The notes under the pieces were generated by a model. That model was given only the letters and a program-made list of their open reading frames with translations. It had not been told where the DNA came from and ran no database searches. Source: Trueperaceae bacterium (lineage in GTDB: Bacteria; Deinococcota; Deinococci; Deinococcales; Trueperaceae). From it: a DNA stretch of 64,000 nt. The first letter of the stretch is position 1. Every line of letters begins with the position of its first letter. Where the stretch lies: positions 224,001 to 288,000 of the forward strand of contig JAXHNB010000001.1 in NCBI GenBank assembly GCA_034520945.1, given 5' to 3'. This document shows positions 40,841 through 52,940 of the stretch, piece by piece. Made by a program: the position numbers and the translations under genes.

Positions 40841-41828
40841 TCAGCCGTCCCGCGCCAAGCGGAAGCCCATGTGCCCGGTGCTGCTGTCGGGCGTGTTGTA
40901 GGTCCGCGCCGCGACGCGGTAGCGGTTGCAGTACGAGGCGTGGCACAGGTACGAGCCGCCCTTGATGACGCGTCCCGGCCCCTCGGCCGGGCCGCGCGGG
41001 TCGTCCAACGGGCCGGGCCCGTGCTGCACGCCGAACCAGTCGGCGCACCACTCCCAGGCGTTCCCGGTCATGTTGGAGAGGCCGTAGCCGTTCGGCTCGA
41101 ACGCATCCACCGGCGCGGTGCCCGCGTAGCCGTCCTCGGCGGTGTCGACCTCGGGAAAGGTGCCCTGCCACACGTTGCAGCGGTGACGGCCGTCCGGGTG
41201 TGAGTTCATCGCCCCACGGGAACAACGCCTGGTGCAGGCCGCCGCGCGCGGCGTACTCCCATTCCGCTTCGCTCGGCAGGCGCTTTCCCTCCCACGTCGG
41301 CGAAGGCGACGGCGTCGTTCCAGGACACGTGCACCACCGGGTGGTCCAGGCGGTTCTCCACGTCGCTGCCCGGCCCCTCGGGCGCGTGCCAGGCGGCGCC
41401 GAACACCTGCCGCCACCACGGGGCGGGCGGCGCGCCGCGCGTGGGGCCGAGCGTCCTCGGGCACGAAGGCGTGGAACACGAACGACCAGCCGAACCGTTC
41501 CGCCTCCGTCCGGTAGCCGGTGTCCTCGCACGAAGGCGGCGAAGCGGCGGTTGGTGACCGCGTAGCGGTCGATCCAGAACGCCTTCACGCGGACGCGTCG
41601 CACCGGGCCTTCGCCGTCGGCAGGGAAGGTCGGCGCGTCCGTGCCCATCTGGAAGATGGCGGACGGCAGGCGCCGCATGTCGGCCGTGTCCGTGTCCTGG
41701 GCCGGCCTACCTCGGGGGGGCGTGGCCACAGGGGCGTCCTGTCGCTCGGCCGGCGCGCCGTGGCGGGACACCGCGCAGCAGGCGCCGTGGTCGTGACCGG
41801 GAGAGGATCCGTCTGCCATGCCGTTCAT
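40841..41828 (-). CDS. formylglycine-generating enzyme (FGE/SUMF1), frameshifted
   Basis: [55 protein letters not shown] across frames. Confidence 0.9.
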
Positions 41829-41843
41829 TTTCGCACCGTGACG

Positions 41844-43260
41844 TTACGCCCGTTCCTCGCCCTCCATGACCTGCCGCTGTTCGTAGCGCGGCTTCGCAGG
41901 GGCCGGGTCGATGCGGGGTTCGGCTTCGCCCGCCTCCTGCATGCGGGCGGCCAGGCGCGCGCGGAGGTGCGCCGCGACGGATTCGTGCGAGGCGTGACCG
42001 GCCAGGTTGAACAGTTCGTGCGGGTCGTGCGTCAGGTCGTACAGGTAGCTCTCCACGTACCGCTCGGCGCCGGGATCGTGCCACGGGTCGGCGTCGGGGG
42101 CGGTGACACCGTACTTCCAGCGCGGCGTCCGCAGCCCGCGGCCGACCTCGCTCTCGCTGACCTGGAAGAAGACCTCCTGGCGCCAGTCGGGCGATTCGCC
42201 GCGCAGCAACGGCAGCAGGGAGCGGCCCTGCATCTCTGCGGTACGTCCAGGCCGGCGGCGTCCAACAGCGTGATGCTGACGTCCAGCAGGTCGACCAGGT
42301 CGGGCACCTGCCGCCCTCGTCGAAACCGGGGCCGAGGAACACCGCGGGCACGCGCAGCGACGCTTCGTGCCCGGAGCGCTTGTACTCGCTGTTGCGGGTC
42401 TTGAAGTGGTTGCCGTGATCGGAGGTGAACAGCACGACCGTATCGTCCAGCAGTCCCAGGCTGGTGAGGGCGTCCAGGGTGCGGCCGAACGCCTCGTCGA
42501 GGCGCTTGACCATGCCGTAGTAGCCGGCGATGTGCTGTTGCGTGGACCCGCCGAGCGCGGCCAGGTCGGGGGGGATCCAGCGGCCCTCGTAGCGTTCGCG
42601 GTAGCCGTGTGGGGCGGGGTAGCCGTCCACGTGGTTCCGGCGATGCGGCTCCAGGTGGGACAGGAACACGAAGAACGGCTCCTCGCGATGCCGATTCATG
42701 AAGTCGATCGCCGCGTCGGTGAGGGCGTCGACGCGGTAGCCGGGCAGGCGGACGGGGTGCCGGTCCTCGTCGAAGACCACCGTGTCGTAGGCGTCGGAGG
42801 TGAACTCCAGCTTGTTGGCGGCCAGCCAGGTGCGGTACCCGCCACGTTCGTTCTCCGGGACGGGTTCGTGTGCCGCGAGGTGCCATTTGCCGATGTAGCC
42901 CGTCGCATAGCCCGCGCGGTCGAAGCACTGCGCCAGGGTGGGCGTGTCGTGCGTGAGGGGGATGCCGTTGCGGTGCGTGCCGTTGCGGGTGGCGTACTGT
43001 CCGGTCTGCATGCAGGCGCGGGCGGGGCCGCAGACGGGCTGCGGCGTGAAGGTGTGCGTGAGGTGGGTGCCTCTCAGGGCGGCGCGGTCGTAGTTCGGGG
43101 TGAGGTCCAGCGGGTTGCCGTGCGCGCCGGTCGCGTCCCAGCGCTGCTGGTCGGTGAGGAACACCAGCACGTTGGGCCGGTCGCCGCGGCGCCGGGGTGG
43201 ATCGCGCCTGGCGGCGATGGTGAGGCGGCCGTCCTGCAGTTCGGGCACAGGGTCGCTCAC
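41844..43260 (-). CDS. sulfatase 3 (frameshifted ~42240-42320)
   Basis: PNVLVFLTDQQRWD, PVCGPAR..QTG, GKWHL, FTSDHG. Confidence 0.9.
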
Positions 43261-44656
43261 GGGGCGTCTCCAATCTCGAAATCGTCGTCGTTGCGTACTT
43301 GCCAGGCGTGCAGCGCGCCTTGGAGGTCGCGACGCACGCCGGCCAGTGCGGAATCGCGGTGGCGGTCGTGTCGTTCGAAGGGGTCGTCGTGCAGGTCGAA
43401 CGTCTGCCAGAGGTGCACGCCCTCGGGGCTGGCGCGCCAGGTCGCCTTGTAGCGCGCCGTGCGAAAGCCACGCCAACCGCCGTCGTGGAACGGGTGGCCG
43501 GGGCGGAGCTCGCGTACGAACTGCAGGGGATGCCGGGCGCGCCAGGTCGTGCGCCGTGCCGCGCAACAGGGGGTGAGGTCGGCCCCGGGCATCGCGGCTG
43601 CGGGGTCGGGCTCCGAGGCGGGGCCGGTCGTTCCTGGCTCCTTGCGCGGTTCGCTCGTCGCGGGGCGGGCCAGCGCCAGCAGGGTGGGCGGGAGGTCCTC
43701 GGTGTGTACGGGAGCGTCGACCGTGGTGCCGTGCATGTGGGGAGCCCGCGGGTCGGCCACGATGAGGGGATGCCGATCGAGGCCTCGTAGGGTATTGCTT
43801 TTCGGTGAGGCCGTGGCTGCCGCCCAGTTCGCCGTGGTCCGACAGGAACACCACCACGGTGGCGCCCGCCGGCGTCGCGCTGCTGCAGGTGCTGCAGCAG
43901 GCGACCGACGTTGCGGTCGAGGTTCTCGGTGGCAACGGCGTAGCGGCGTCGCTCGTCCAGGATCCGTTCCAGCCAGGCCGCGTCGGCGCGGGGTACGTTG
44001 GGCGGCAGCGTCACCTCGCGGTCGCGCCAGCGCGCCAGGTCCTCCTCCGGCACCAGGTAGGGCGGGTGGGGCGGTTCGACCGAGAGCACGCAGGCGTAGG
44101 GCAGGTCGCCGCCGAGCTCGTCCAGGGTGTCGATCGCCAGGTCGGTCAACGCGTCGGTCTGATAGCCCGCCAGCGGCCGGGGGTGGGATCGTCGTCCACG
44201 AAGACGCAGGTGTCGAACGGGTCGTTGCGAAGCTCGAAGCCGCGCCACACCTGCCAGCCGCCGCGATGACGGCGCGGAACCGGGTGCGGTTCACGGCGCG
44301 GGGGCTGGACCACGGGGTGCCGCCGTGCCCGCCGTACAGGTGCCATTTGCCGACGTACGCGGTTCGGTAGCCACGGTCGTTCAGGTCGTGGGCCCAGGTG
44401 CGCTCGCACGGGATATGCGCCATTCGATGGCGGGCACCTGGCGCGTGTGCGCGTACGCGCCGGTCATGAACGAGAAGCGGAACGGTACGCAGATGGGCGA
44501 GGTGGCGCAGGCCTGCGTGAAGCGCACCCCGCGCGCGGCCAGGGCGTCGAGGTTCGGCGTGGCCACGTCCGGGTCGCCGTAGACGCCCAGGGCGTCGCGG
44601 CGCAGCTGGTCGGCCATCACGACCAGCAGGTTGGGGGCCAGGGGCGGATCGCTCAC
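43257..44656 (-). CDS. sulfatase 2 (several frameshifts)
   Basis: PNLLVVMADQLR, PICVPFR..MTG, GKWHL, PPHPPY, FLSDHGE. Confidence 0.88.
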
Positions 44657-46235
44657 GCGTGTCCCTTTCGGCGGGTGGTGGCGTCGTCGCTCGCGCACCA
44701 GGGCGTGGTGCAGGCCCGCGATCAGCTCCGCCTTGCGGTTGGCGTACGCCGGGTCGCGCCAGCGGTTGTGAAGCTCGCCCGGGTCCTCGGCGAGGTCGAA
44801 CAGTTCGCCGTGCGGGACGGGACCGTCGCGGTCGGTGTAGGTGGTGAGCTTGGCGCCCGAGGTGACGAGGGTGCGCAGGCGCAGGCCGAGGTAGTCCTCG
44901 TCGTTCTCGATCACGACGGCGCTCTGTACGGCGTCGCGCTGCGGCCCTCCAGCACCGGCCGGAGCGAGGTGCCGGGCAGCTCCGGGGGTTGTGCCTGGAC
45001 GCCTTCGCTCGGGTCGGCCGCAAGGGAGGGACACCCCGTGAGGTCCAGAAGGGTGGGCACCACGTCGAGCAGGCTGGCCAGTGCGGCCGAACGCCGCGGC
45101 GGCAAGCGGTCCGGCCAGGACCAGATCATGGGCACGCGCAGAAGGCCCTCGAAGTGGAACGGCCCCTTGTTCAGCAGGCCGTGATCGCCCAGCAGGTCGC
45201 CGTGATCGGAGAGGAAGACGACGACCGTGTCGCGCCGCAGGTCGCGTCGCTCCAGGGTGTCCAGGACGCGTCCGATCTGGGCGTCCAGGAGGCCGATCAT
45301 GCCGTAGGTGTGGGCGATCACGTCGCGAACGTGCGCCCCTGGTAGGTCGGTGGGGCGGCGTCGCCCGCTGACCCAGGCGTCGAACCTGCGCGCGTCGCGG
45401 AACAGGGGGTGCAGTTCGTCGTGTTCGCCGGCACGGCCGACCGGCGCGGGGACGTCGGCGGGGTCGTAGGCGCCGTCCCAGGGGGCGGGCGGCACGTAGG
45501 GGTGGTGCGGGTCGGGGAACGAGCAGATGGCGAAGAACGGCGCGTCGGCGGGATGCTTTTCGAGGAACGCGATCGTGCGGTCGGCGACATAGTGACTGTG
45601 ATGCATGTCTTCGGGGAGCGGGTAGCGGCCGCACCCTTCGGCGCCGCTGGGGGCGGGGCGCACCCCGTTGCGAAGGCGCGCCCACGCGTCGGGGTGCTCG
45701 CGGCGCAGCCAGCGGGCGTAGTCGCCCTCGACGTCGCTGCCGTGGCCGATCGTCAGGGCGACCTCGAAGCCCGAAGTAGGGCACGGGCACGCCCTCGATC
45801 CGCCCCTCGGCCCAGGCCCGGCGCGACTCGCGACTGGGGGGCGCCGGGGCCGAAGGGCCGTCGTAGCGTTCGTACGGCTCCAGGTGGACCTTGCCGAACG
45901 AGGCGGTGCGGTAGCCGGCCTGGCGCAAACGCTCCGGCAAGGTGGGCACTCGCCGCGTCCAGGGGGATGCCGTTGCAGCGCACGCCGTGGCCGCGGGGGG
46001 TCCGGCCGGTGAACAGGGTCGCGCGGCTCGGCATGCACACCGGGTTCGCGACATAGGCGCGCGTGAAGGCGACGCCGTCCTCGGCCAAACGATCCAGGTT
46101 CGGGGTGCGCACCACCTCGGCGCCGGTCGCCCCGAGGTGGTCGGCGCGCATCTGGTCCGCCACGATCAGCAACACGTTGGGACGGTCGGTCGGGGTGCCG
46201 GCGGTTCGATCGTCGGGAGCGCCGAAGCGACTCAT
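44653..46235 (-). CDS. sulfatase 1 (several frameshifts)
   Basis: PNVLLIVADQMRAD, PVCMPSRATLFTG, GKVHL, PDPHHP, FLSDHGD. Confidence 0.88.
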
Positions 46236-47072
46236 CCTTTCAGGGCGCCCATCGTCATGCCCTTGATGATGTGGCGTTGCGCGAACAGGATCAGGATCAC
46301 GCCCGGAATGGTGGCCAGGATGGCGGCAGCGCTCATCTCGCCGTACTTCAGGTCGTACTCCTGCACGAACGAGGCGATGCCGACGGGAATGGTGTTGCCC
46401 GCCGGGGTGCTGGTCAGCACCAGCGCGAACAGGAAGTCCTTCCAGGAGAAGATGAAGGTCAGGATGCCCGTCGCCAGCAGGCCGGGACGCACGATCGGCA
46501 GGGCGATCCGCCAGAACGCCTGCGCGCGCGAACAGCCGTCGATCGCTGCCGCCTCCTCGAGCTCGCGGGGCACCTCGGCGAAGAAGCTCTGCAGCAGCCA
46601 CACCGCGAACGGCAGCGTGAGGACGGCGTGCGCGAAGATCAGCACGGCGGGCGAGTCGTACAGGCCCACGTTGCGGGAGATCACGTAGAACGGGCCGGCG
46701 AAGGTGATGGGCGGCAGCATGTACACGAACAGCAGCCACCCCAGCAGCAGGCCGCTCCATGCGGGGTTCCACCGGAAGCGGCTCAGGCCGTAGGCCGCCA
46801 GCGTCGCCAGGGCCAGCACGAACAGGGTGCTCCCGAACCCCGCGAGCGAGGCTGTTCACGAGCAGCTGGTCGAACACGCCGCGAGAGCCTTGGAACAGCG
46901 CCTGGAAGTTGTTCCAGGTCGGCTCGAACGCGAACCGGCCCGAGATGATGTCCCGCCGCAGCTTGAACGAGGTCAGCAAGGTGAACACGATCGGCGCCAA
47001 CGTCACGACCACGGCGATCATCAGCACGGTGTGGCGCAGCGCCACCCCGAAGCGGGGAAGCAGCCGGGTCAT
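46232..47072 (-). CDS. carbohydrate ABC permease (MalG-type; frameshift ~46845)
   Basis: VPRELEEAAAIDGCS EAA motif; IIKGMTMGALKG C-terminus. Confidence 0.88.
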
Positions 47073-48001
47073 GGCGTCTCCGACTGTCGAAATCCGAGGC
47101 GCTGGTAGGCCACGATGAACACCGTCAGCAGCAGGGCGGCGGCCAGCGTGAGCATGGCCCCGTAGCCGATGCGGAACTGCTGGAAATAGACCTTCTCGAT
47201 GTAAATGTTGATCAGTTCGGTGGAGGTGCCCGGGCCCCCGCCGGTCAGCAGATACGGCACGTCGAACACCTTGAAGGCGAGGATGCTGCGGAGCATCGAC
47301 GCGACGATGATGGTCGGCTTGAGGAGCGGAAGCGCGATGAAGCGGAACACCTGGTACGGGTTGGCGCCGTCGATCTCGGCGGCCTCGTGCAGCTCGGTGG
47401 GGATGGAGGTGACGCCGGCCAGGAAGATCAGGAACATGAAGCTCGTCCAGTGCCAGACGTCGACCATCATCACCGAAGGAAGCGCCAACGACGGATCGGA
47501 CAGCCACAGCGGGCCGCCGATGCCCAGCCGCAGCAGCAGCTGGTTGACGATCCCGTAGTTGTAATCCGAGCATCAGGCGCCACAACGCGCCGATGGCGAT
47601 GGGGGGAGCAGGAGGGGCACGATCAACACGGTGCGGTAGAAGCCGCTCAGCGCGCGGACCTGCGACACCAGGTAGGCCAAGGCGAGCCCCAGGAACGCCT
47701 CGATCGGCACCACGACCACCGTGAACAACACGGTGTTGGTGAGGGCGATGCGGGCCACGCGGTCGTCCAGCAGGGTCCGCAGGTTCTCGAGCCCGACGTA
47801 GGAGAAGATGGTGCCCCCACTGACCAGCTCGACCTCGGCGAACGCCATGCGGACCAACTGGAACGCCGGGTAGAGGGTGAGCACCAACAGCGCCAGGATC
47901 AGCGGCGCGATGGCCACGTACTTGAAATCCTCGTTCAGGAGGCGGCCCAGCAAGGGCCGCCTCCTGGAACGAGGCGCGTGGGGGGCGGGCGAGCGCGTCA
48001 T
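47069..48001 (-). CDS. carbohydrate ABC permease (MalF-type; frameshifts ~47560-47600)
   Basis: VGLENL, DVWHWTSF, ELHEAAEIDGA, LTGGGPG. Confidence 0.88.
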
Positions 48002-48010
48002 GGCGGTGGC

Positions 48011-49332
48011 TCAGTCCAACGGCGCGACGTCGTAGCCGCCGTCCTCCATGATGGCTTGGATCTCCTCGGCGGCTCGCTGCATGGCGGCCTCGGGCTCGAT
48101 CTGGCCGATCAGCGCTTCACTCACGTTGTTGGTGAGGACCTCGATGATCTGCGGCGCTTCGGCGACGCGGGGCTGCGCCTTGATGTACGGGGTGCTCTCG
48201 CCCATGGCCTGCATCCACTCGAAACCTTCCTCCTGGCCGAGCTCCTCGTACACGTCCTGCCGGACGGGGATGGCGCCTTCGCGGGCGTAGTGCATCTGGG
48301 CCTCGAAGGTGAGGGCGTAGCGCATGAACTCGAGCGCGGCCGATTGGCGCTCGGATGGCAGGTTCTGCGGGATGCCCATCACCCAGATGCCGGACATGGT
48401 GGCGCGATCCTCCGCCGTGGGGCCTGGCACCACGGTGGCGCCGACCTGGCCGATCACCGAGCGACTGGTCCGGATCCTCGAGGTTCGGCGCGGCGGCGCC
48501 GACCATGTGCGCCATGGCGGCACGGCCGCTGGCCATCAGCGAGATCAGCTCGGCTTGGCCCACGTCGGCGTAGTTGGGCGGCCCGAAGCGTTCGCCGTAC
48601 TCGATCCAGCGCCGGAGCGCCTCGATGGAGGGCTCCTCGTTGAGGACCACGTCCCACTGGCCGGTCTCCTCGTCGAGCTCGATCACGCCCCCGCCGAAGG
48701 AGTGCAGGTAGGACTGGAACTCCCAGTTGCCGGGCGAGGTGCGGTTGACCAGCGCGAAGCGGTTGGGCGGATCGTGCAGCGCCTCGGCCGCCTCCTCGAC
48801 GTCGTCCCAGGTGACGGGCGCGTCCAGGCCGGCCTCCTCGAACAGGTCCTGGCGGTAGAAGAACAACTGGATGTTGCCGTTGATCGGCAGACCGTACAGG
48901 GTGCCGTCCTCGGTGGAGTAACCGATCTCGTGGTCCCAGCGCGTGGCGGCCTCGTACTCGATCACCTCGGGGTCCAGCTCGAAGTCGGGGTCGATCTCGT
49001 GGATCGGCGTCACCAGTTCGTTGGCGTAGAACTGCGAGTACCACTGTTCGTTGAGGTTGATCAGATCGAACTCGCTCTCGCTGGCGGTGACGGCGTTGCG
49101 GGAGCGCTGCAGCATGCCCGGGAACGGCGTCACGTTGAGCACGACCTCGTTGCCGGTGTCGGCCTCGTAGCGCTCGACCAGCGCCTCGAAGCCGCCCAGC
49201 CAGGGCGAGTCGTTGATCAGGATGGTGATGGACGGTGTCCTGCGCCAGCGCGCCGCCGATGGCGAGCGTAGCGCACGCCGTGACAGCCACGGCGATTCGG
49301 TTCAAGGTGGGACGAAGCGTCGGAAGGGTCAT
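48011..49332 (-). CDS. carbohydrate ABC substrate-binding protein (frameshifts ~49230, ~48465)
   Basis: Signal peptide ending ALA-Q; LYGLP, FYRQDLFEEAGL..P.TWDD. Confidence 0.85.
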
Positions 49333-49435
49333 GGTGCCTCCTACGATCGGGAAGCGTCGGCGCATCGTTCGGGCCCGATACCCGGGAACAACGTGCGCCT
49401 CGGACCGTCGGCCGGTCGGGCGTCAAGCGAGGGGG

Positions 49436-50708
49436 TCAGGGACGCGCGCTCACCTCCTCCCCGTGGCCGTGGTGCGGTACGAGGGGGTCGGCGAACGGGA
49501 GTCGCTCGCGCAGCGCGAACAGGGCGGCGCCGTGCGCACCGGCCTGCGGAGCGCGGCGCCTCGGCGAAGCGGAGGTCGAGGTGACGGGCCAGCACAGGCT
49601 GCAGGCGTGCGCGGACGGCCGACGACAAGCGCTGGCGAAACGCGGTTCCGCCGGCGCGCACGAAGCCGCTCAGCACCACGCGCGGGACGTCGAAGATGTT
49701 GACGGCGTTGGCGATGCCGAGGCCGAGGAAGTGCGCGAGGTCGTCGATGCGCCGCCGGGCCGTGGCGTCGCCCGCCTCGGCGGCGCGGAACGAGGCCTCG
49801 GCCGTGGTCCACACGTCGTCCTCGTCTGCCGTGAAACCTGCGGTTCCCTCCGTGCGGCCGTTGGCGGCGGCGTCGCGGAGCAGGGCCCGTCCCGAGACGT
49901 ACTCCTCCAGGCAGCCGCGGTTGCCGCAGCAAGCAGGGCGTCCGTCCGGCACGATCGTGGTGTGCCCGATCAGGCCTGCGTTCCCGAAACTGCCGAGGAT
50001 GCCCTGACCGTTCTTGACGTGACGGACGCCGAGCCCGTAGCCCACGTCGAAGTACAAAACGTCGTCTGCGTCGTGGGTGGACCCGAAGCAGACCTCGCTC
50101 GTGGTCAGCGCGTCCACGTGGTGGTGCAGCACGACGGGGACGCCCAGCCTTCGCGCCAGCACGCCGCGGAACGGCACCTCCTGCCAGCCGGGGATGCGGG
50201 GGGTGGCCAGCGACACGCCGCCCGAGCGGTCGATGAACCCCGAGAGGACGGCCCCCGCCTGCAACAGCCGTTTCCCGGCCGGCAGGTGCGCAGCGACGAA
50301 CGCCTCCGTTCGGCGTTCGACCTCGGCGAGCAACGCTTCGGGCCCCTCGCTGGGTTCCACGCAGAACCCCTCGGACGCCGTCGCGGCGCCGCGCATGTTC
50401 ACGAGGGTGAGGCGGGCGCCGGGGATCTCCAGCGCGATGCCGAGGACGTAGCCTGCGTCGGCGGCGAAGCGGTACAGCGACGGCGGGCGCCCGCCCGTCG
50501 ACGCGCCGACCCCGGGTCGGTCGACCCAACCCTCGTCTTCCAGTTTGGCCAACCACTTCAGCACCGTGGGCTGGCTGCGCCCGGTCGCGCGGACCAGGTC
50601 CTCCACCCGCGCCATGCCGGCCGTACGCACGGCGTTGAACACCAGGTGCTTGTTCGCCTCGGCGACGGTAGGGGACGCCTGTGGCTGCGCACGGTCGGTG
50701 ACGTACAC
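49436..50708 (-). CDS. ROK-family transcriptional regulator (frameshift near 3' end)
   Basis: N-terminal HTH, GGRPP linker, GLIGH...CCGNRGCLE. Confidence 0.88.
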
Positions 50709-50775
50709 GGGGCCTCCGGGAGGTGGAACGGCGGTCCAGCGGGTGCGGGCACCCGTCGGGTCGAGGCTCGAAGCG

Positions 50776-50815
50776 GCGTTGCCTCAACTTTAGGCAACGC
50801 GGTTATGAAAGTCAA
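50776..50815 (-). promoter_or_regulatory. sigma70 promoter overlapped by an inverted-repeat operator candidate
   Basis: Minus strand TTGACT (50815-50810), 17-bp spacer, TAAAGT (50792-50787); inverted repeat gcgttgcct-N7-aggcaacgc (50776-50800). Confidence 0.6.
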
Positions 50816-50866
50816 CGTGTGGGCGCGCACGTTGCGTGTGCCTGCCAGGTGGCGACCCCACGCGAT

Positions 50867-51246
50867 TCAGCGGGCGACGTTCCATGCCAGCACGACGACC
50901 ACGACTCCGACCAAGCCCCGACCAAGCCCCAGACGAGCCAGTTCGGCCGGGCCCTTGCGCCCTGGCGGCCCGATCCGTGCGGCGTACCCGCCGGCGGGAT
51001 CTCCACGCCGCCTGCCGGAACGTCGGGCGTCCGGTCGACCACCGGCGTGCCCGCCACCCAGTGCAGATAGCCCGCGTCGCCCGGCGTCAGCTCGTCGCTC
51101 CAGGCGTACGCGTGGGACTCCTCGACCTCGAAGGTGCGGCCGGTCCGGTCCGAGCGCCACTCCTGTATGTGCGCCCCTCCCTCCGCGGTGCGGTCCGACC
51201 GCACGTAGCGAACCGCCCAGACGTCGGGATCACGTCGCGAACTCAT
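50867..51246 (-). CDS. small hypothetical protein with probable C-terminal TM (likely frameshift)
   Basis: MSSRRDPDVWAVRY...; hydrophobic LVGVVVVVLAWNVAR in the adjacent frame. Confidence 0.4.
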
Positions 51247-51544
51247 CCCCCGAGTGTAGCGCCGTGCGCGATCCTCGCCGGTCCCTGCGCCAGCCTCGAC
51301 GACGCGGCCCATCACACTAAGACCACCGCCAGCACGCTCGCGCCCGCCTGCCAGGCGATGTAGCGCGCGTGCATGGCATCCAGCGGGTAAAGCGTCCGAC
51401 ATCGCCGCCCGCCCCCGGTCGTTACCCTACGAAACGTAATTGCACGCCGGCACGCTCCGCGCTCATCGGTCGACCATCGAGGCGCCCGAGGCCCACCCGG
51501 GCCCCATGCCGTGCCGCGTGCCCCTCGGAAGGGAGGAGTTTTCC

Positions 51545-52924
51545 ATGACGCTCGCATCCATGCGAACGACCCGCATCCCAACTCTCCGCCTCCTCGCAGC
51601 CCTACTGCTGAGCGTGGCGGTGACCGGCCTCGCCCACGCCCAGCAAGGGGGCGAGTCCGAAGACGTCGTCGCCCTCGAGGCCGTGGCCGACGGCTTCAAC
51701 TCGCCCGTGCAGCTGGCGTCGCCGCCCGATGACCCGCGCCGCTTCGTGGTCGACCGTGTCGGCGCGATCTACCTGCTGCACGAGGATGGCAGCGTGGCCG
51801 ACACGCCGTTCCTGGACCTCCGCGACGAGATCGTCGAGCTGCAGGACGGCTTCGACGAGCGTGGCCTGCTGGGCCTGGCGTTCCACCCCGACTTCAGCGA
51901 GAACGGGCGCTTCTTCGTGTACTACAGCGCTCCGCTGCGGGACGCCGCGCCGGACGACTGGGACCACACCGCCTACGTCTCCGAGTTCAAGACCGCCGCG
52001 CCCGAAGAGGACGACGCTCCGCGCGGCTCGACGAACACGGCCGACCCGAACACCGAGCGTGTGCTGATGGCCATCGATCAGCCCAACTTCAACCACGACG
52101 GCGGCACCCTGGACTTCGGGCCCGACGGGTACCTCTACATTGGGCTGGGCGACGGCGGCAACGCCGATGACGCCGGCCTTGGACACCAGCCGATGGGCCA
52201 CGGGCAGGACACCACCTCGCTGCTCGGCAACATCCTGCGGATCGACGTGGACCGCGGCTGGCCCGGCTACGCCGTGCCCGAAGACAACCCGTTCGTGGGT
52301 GACCCGACCCGGCCGAACGAGATCTACTCCTGGGGTTGGCGCAACCCCTGGCGCATGAGCTTCGACGCCGCCGGCAACGGCGACCTGTACGTCGGCACCA
52401 ACGGGCAGAACCTGTGGGAGGCCGTCTACCGCATCCGTGAACCCGGCAACGCCGGCTGGAACATCCTCGAAGGCACGCACTGCTTCGATCCGGACGCCCC
52501 GAACACCACGCCGGCCAGCACGGCCTGCGACACGGTCGGCCCGCAGGGCGAACCGCTGAAGCTGCCGGTCATCGAGTACCCGCATCCCGGCAACCAAGGC
52601 GACTACGAGCATGCCGGCATCTCCGTCGTCGGCGGCTACGTCTACCGCGGCGACGACATCCCGGCGCTGCAGGGCCGCTACGTGTTCGGCGACTGGAGCC
52701 TCGGCTTCGGCGAGCCGCAGGGTCAGCTGTTCGTCAGCACGCCGAATGCGTCCCACACCGAGGGCGGCACCTGGGCGCTCGAGCGGTTGGACGTCCTGGA
52801 CAGCTACATCCTCGGGTTCGGGCAGGACAGTGAGAACGAGCTGTACGTGCTGACCACGGAGAGCACCGGCCCCACCGGCTCCACCGGCGCCGTGCACAAG
52901 CTGGTCCCGGCGGACGCCGAGTAA
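51545..52924 (+). CDS. PQQ-dependent sugar dehydrogenase (GSDH family), exported
   Basis: ERGLLGLAFHPDF, NHDGGTLDFGPDGYLY..GDGG, GWRNPWR; ggagga RBS. Confidence 0.9.
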   Translation: MTLASMRTTRIPTLRLLAALLLSVAVTGLAHAQQGGESEDVVALEAVADGFNSPVQLASPPDDPRRFVVDRVGAIYLLHEDGSVADTPFLDLRDEIVELQDGFDERGLLGLAFHPDFSENGRFFVYYSAPLRDAAPDDWDHTAYVSEFKTAAPEEDDAPRGSTNTADPNTERVLMAIDQPNFNHDGGTLDFGPDGYLYIGLGDGGNADDAGLGHQPMGHGQDTTSLLGNILRIDVDRGWPGYAVPEDNPFVGDPTRPNEIYSWGWRNPWRMSFDAAGNGDLYVGTNGQNLWEAVYRIREPGNAGWNILEGTHCFDPDAPNTTPASTACDTVGPQGEPLKLPVIEYPHPGNQGDYEHAGISVVGGYVYRGDDIPALQGRYVFGDWSLGFGEPQGQLFVSTPNASHTEGGTWALERLDVLDSYILGFGQDSENELYVLTTESTGPTGSTGAVHKLVPADAE

Positions 52925-52940
52925 CCCAGCGATCCCGCGT

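Noticed and set aside
44381..46054. Apparent in-frame fusion of sulfatase 1 to sulfatase 2
   Set aside because: A one-base shift near 44690 restores a TGA at 44653-44655 overlapping the GTG of sulfatase 2; the region is indel-rich
28480..49600. Programmed frameshifting or phase variation as the cause of split genes
   Set aside because: Indels are numerous, hit unrelated genes and share no slippery motif; sequencing error is more parsimonious
51260..51375. Short hydrophobic reading MHARYIAWQAGASVLAVVLV-TGA-WAASSR as a recoded (Sec) ORF
   Set aside because: No redox motif or recognisable SECIS; too short to support
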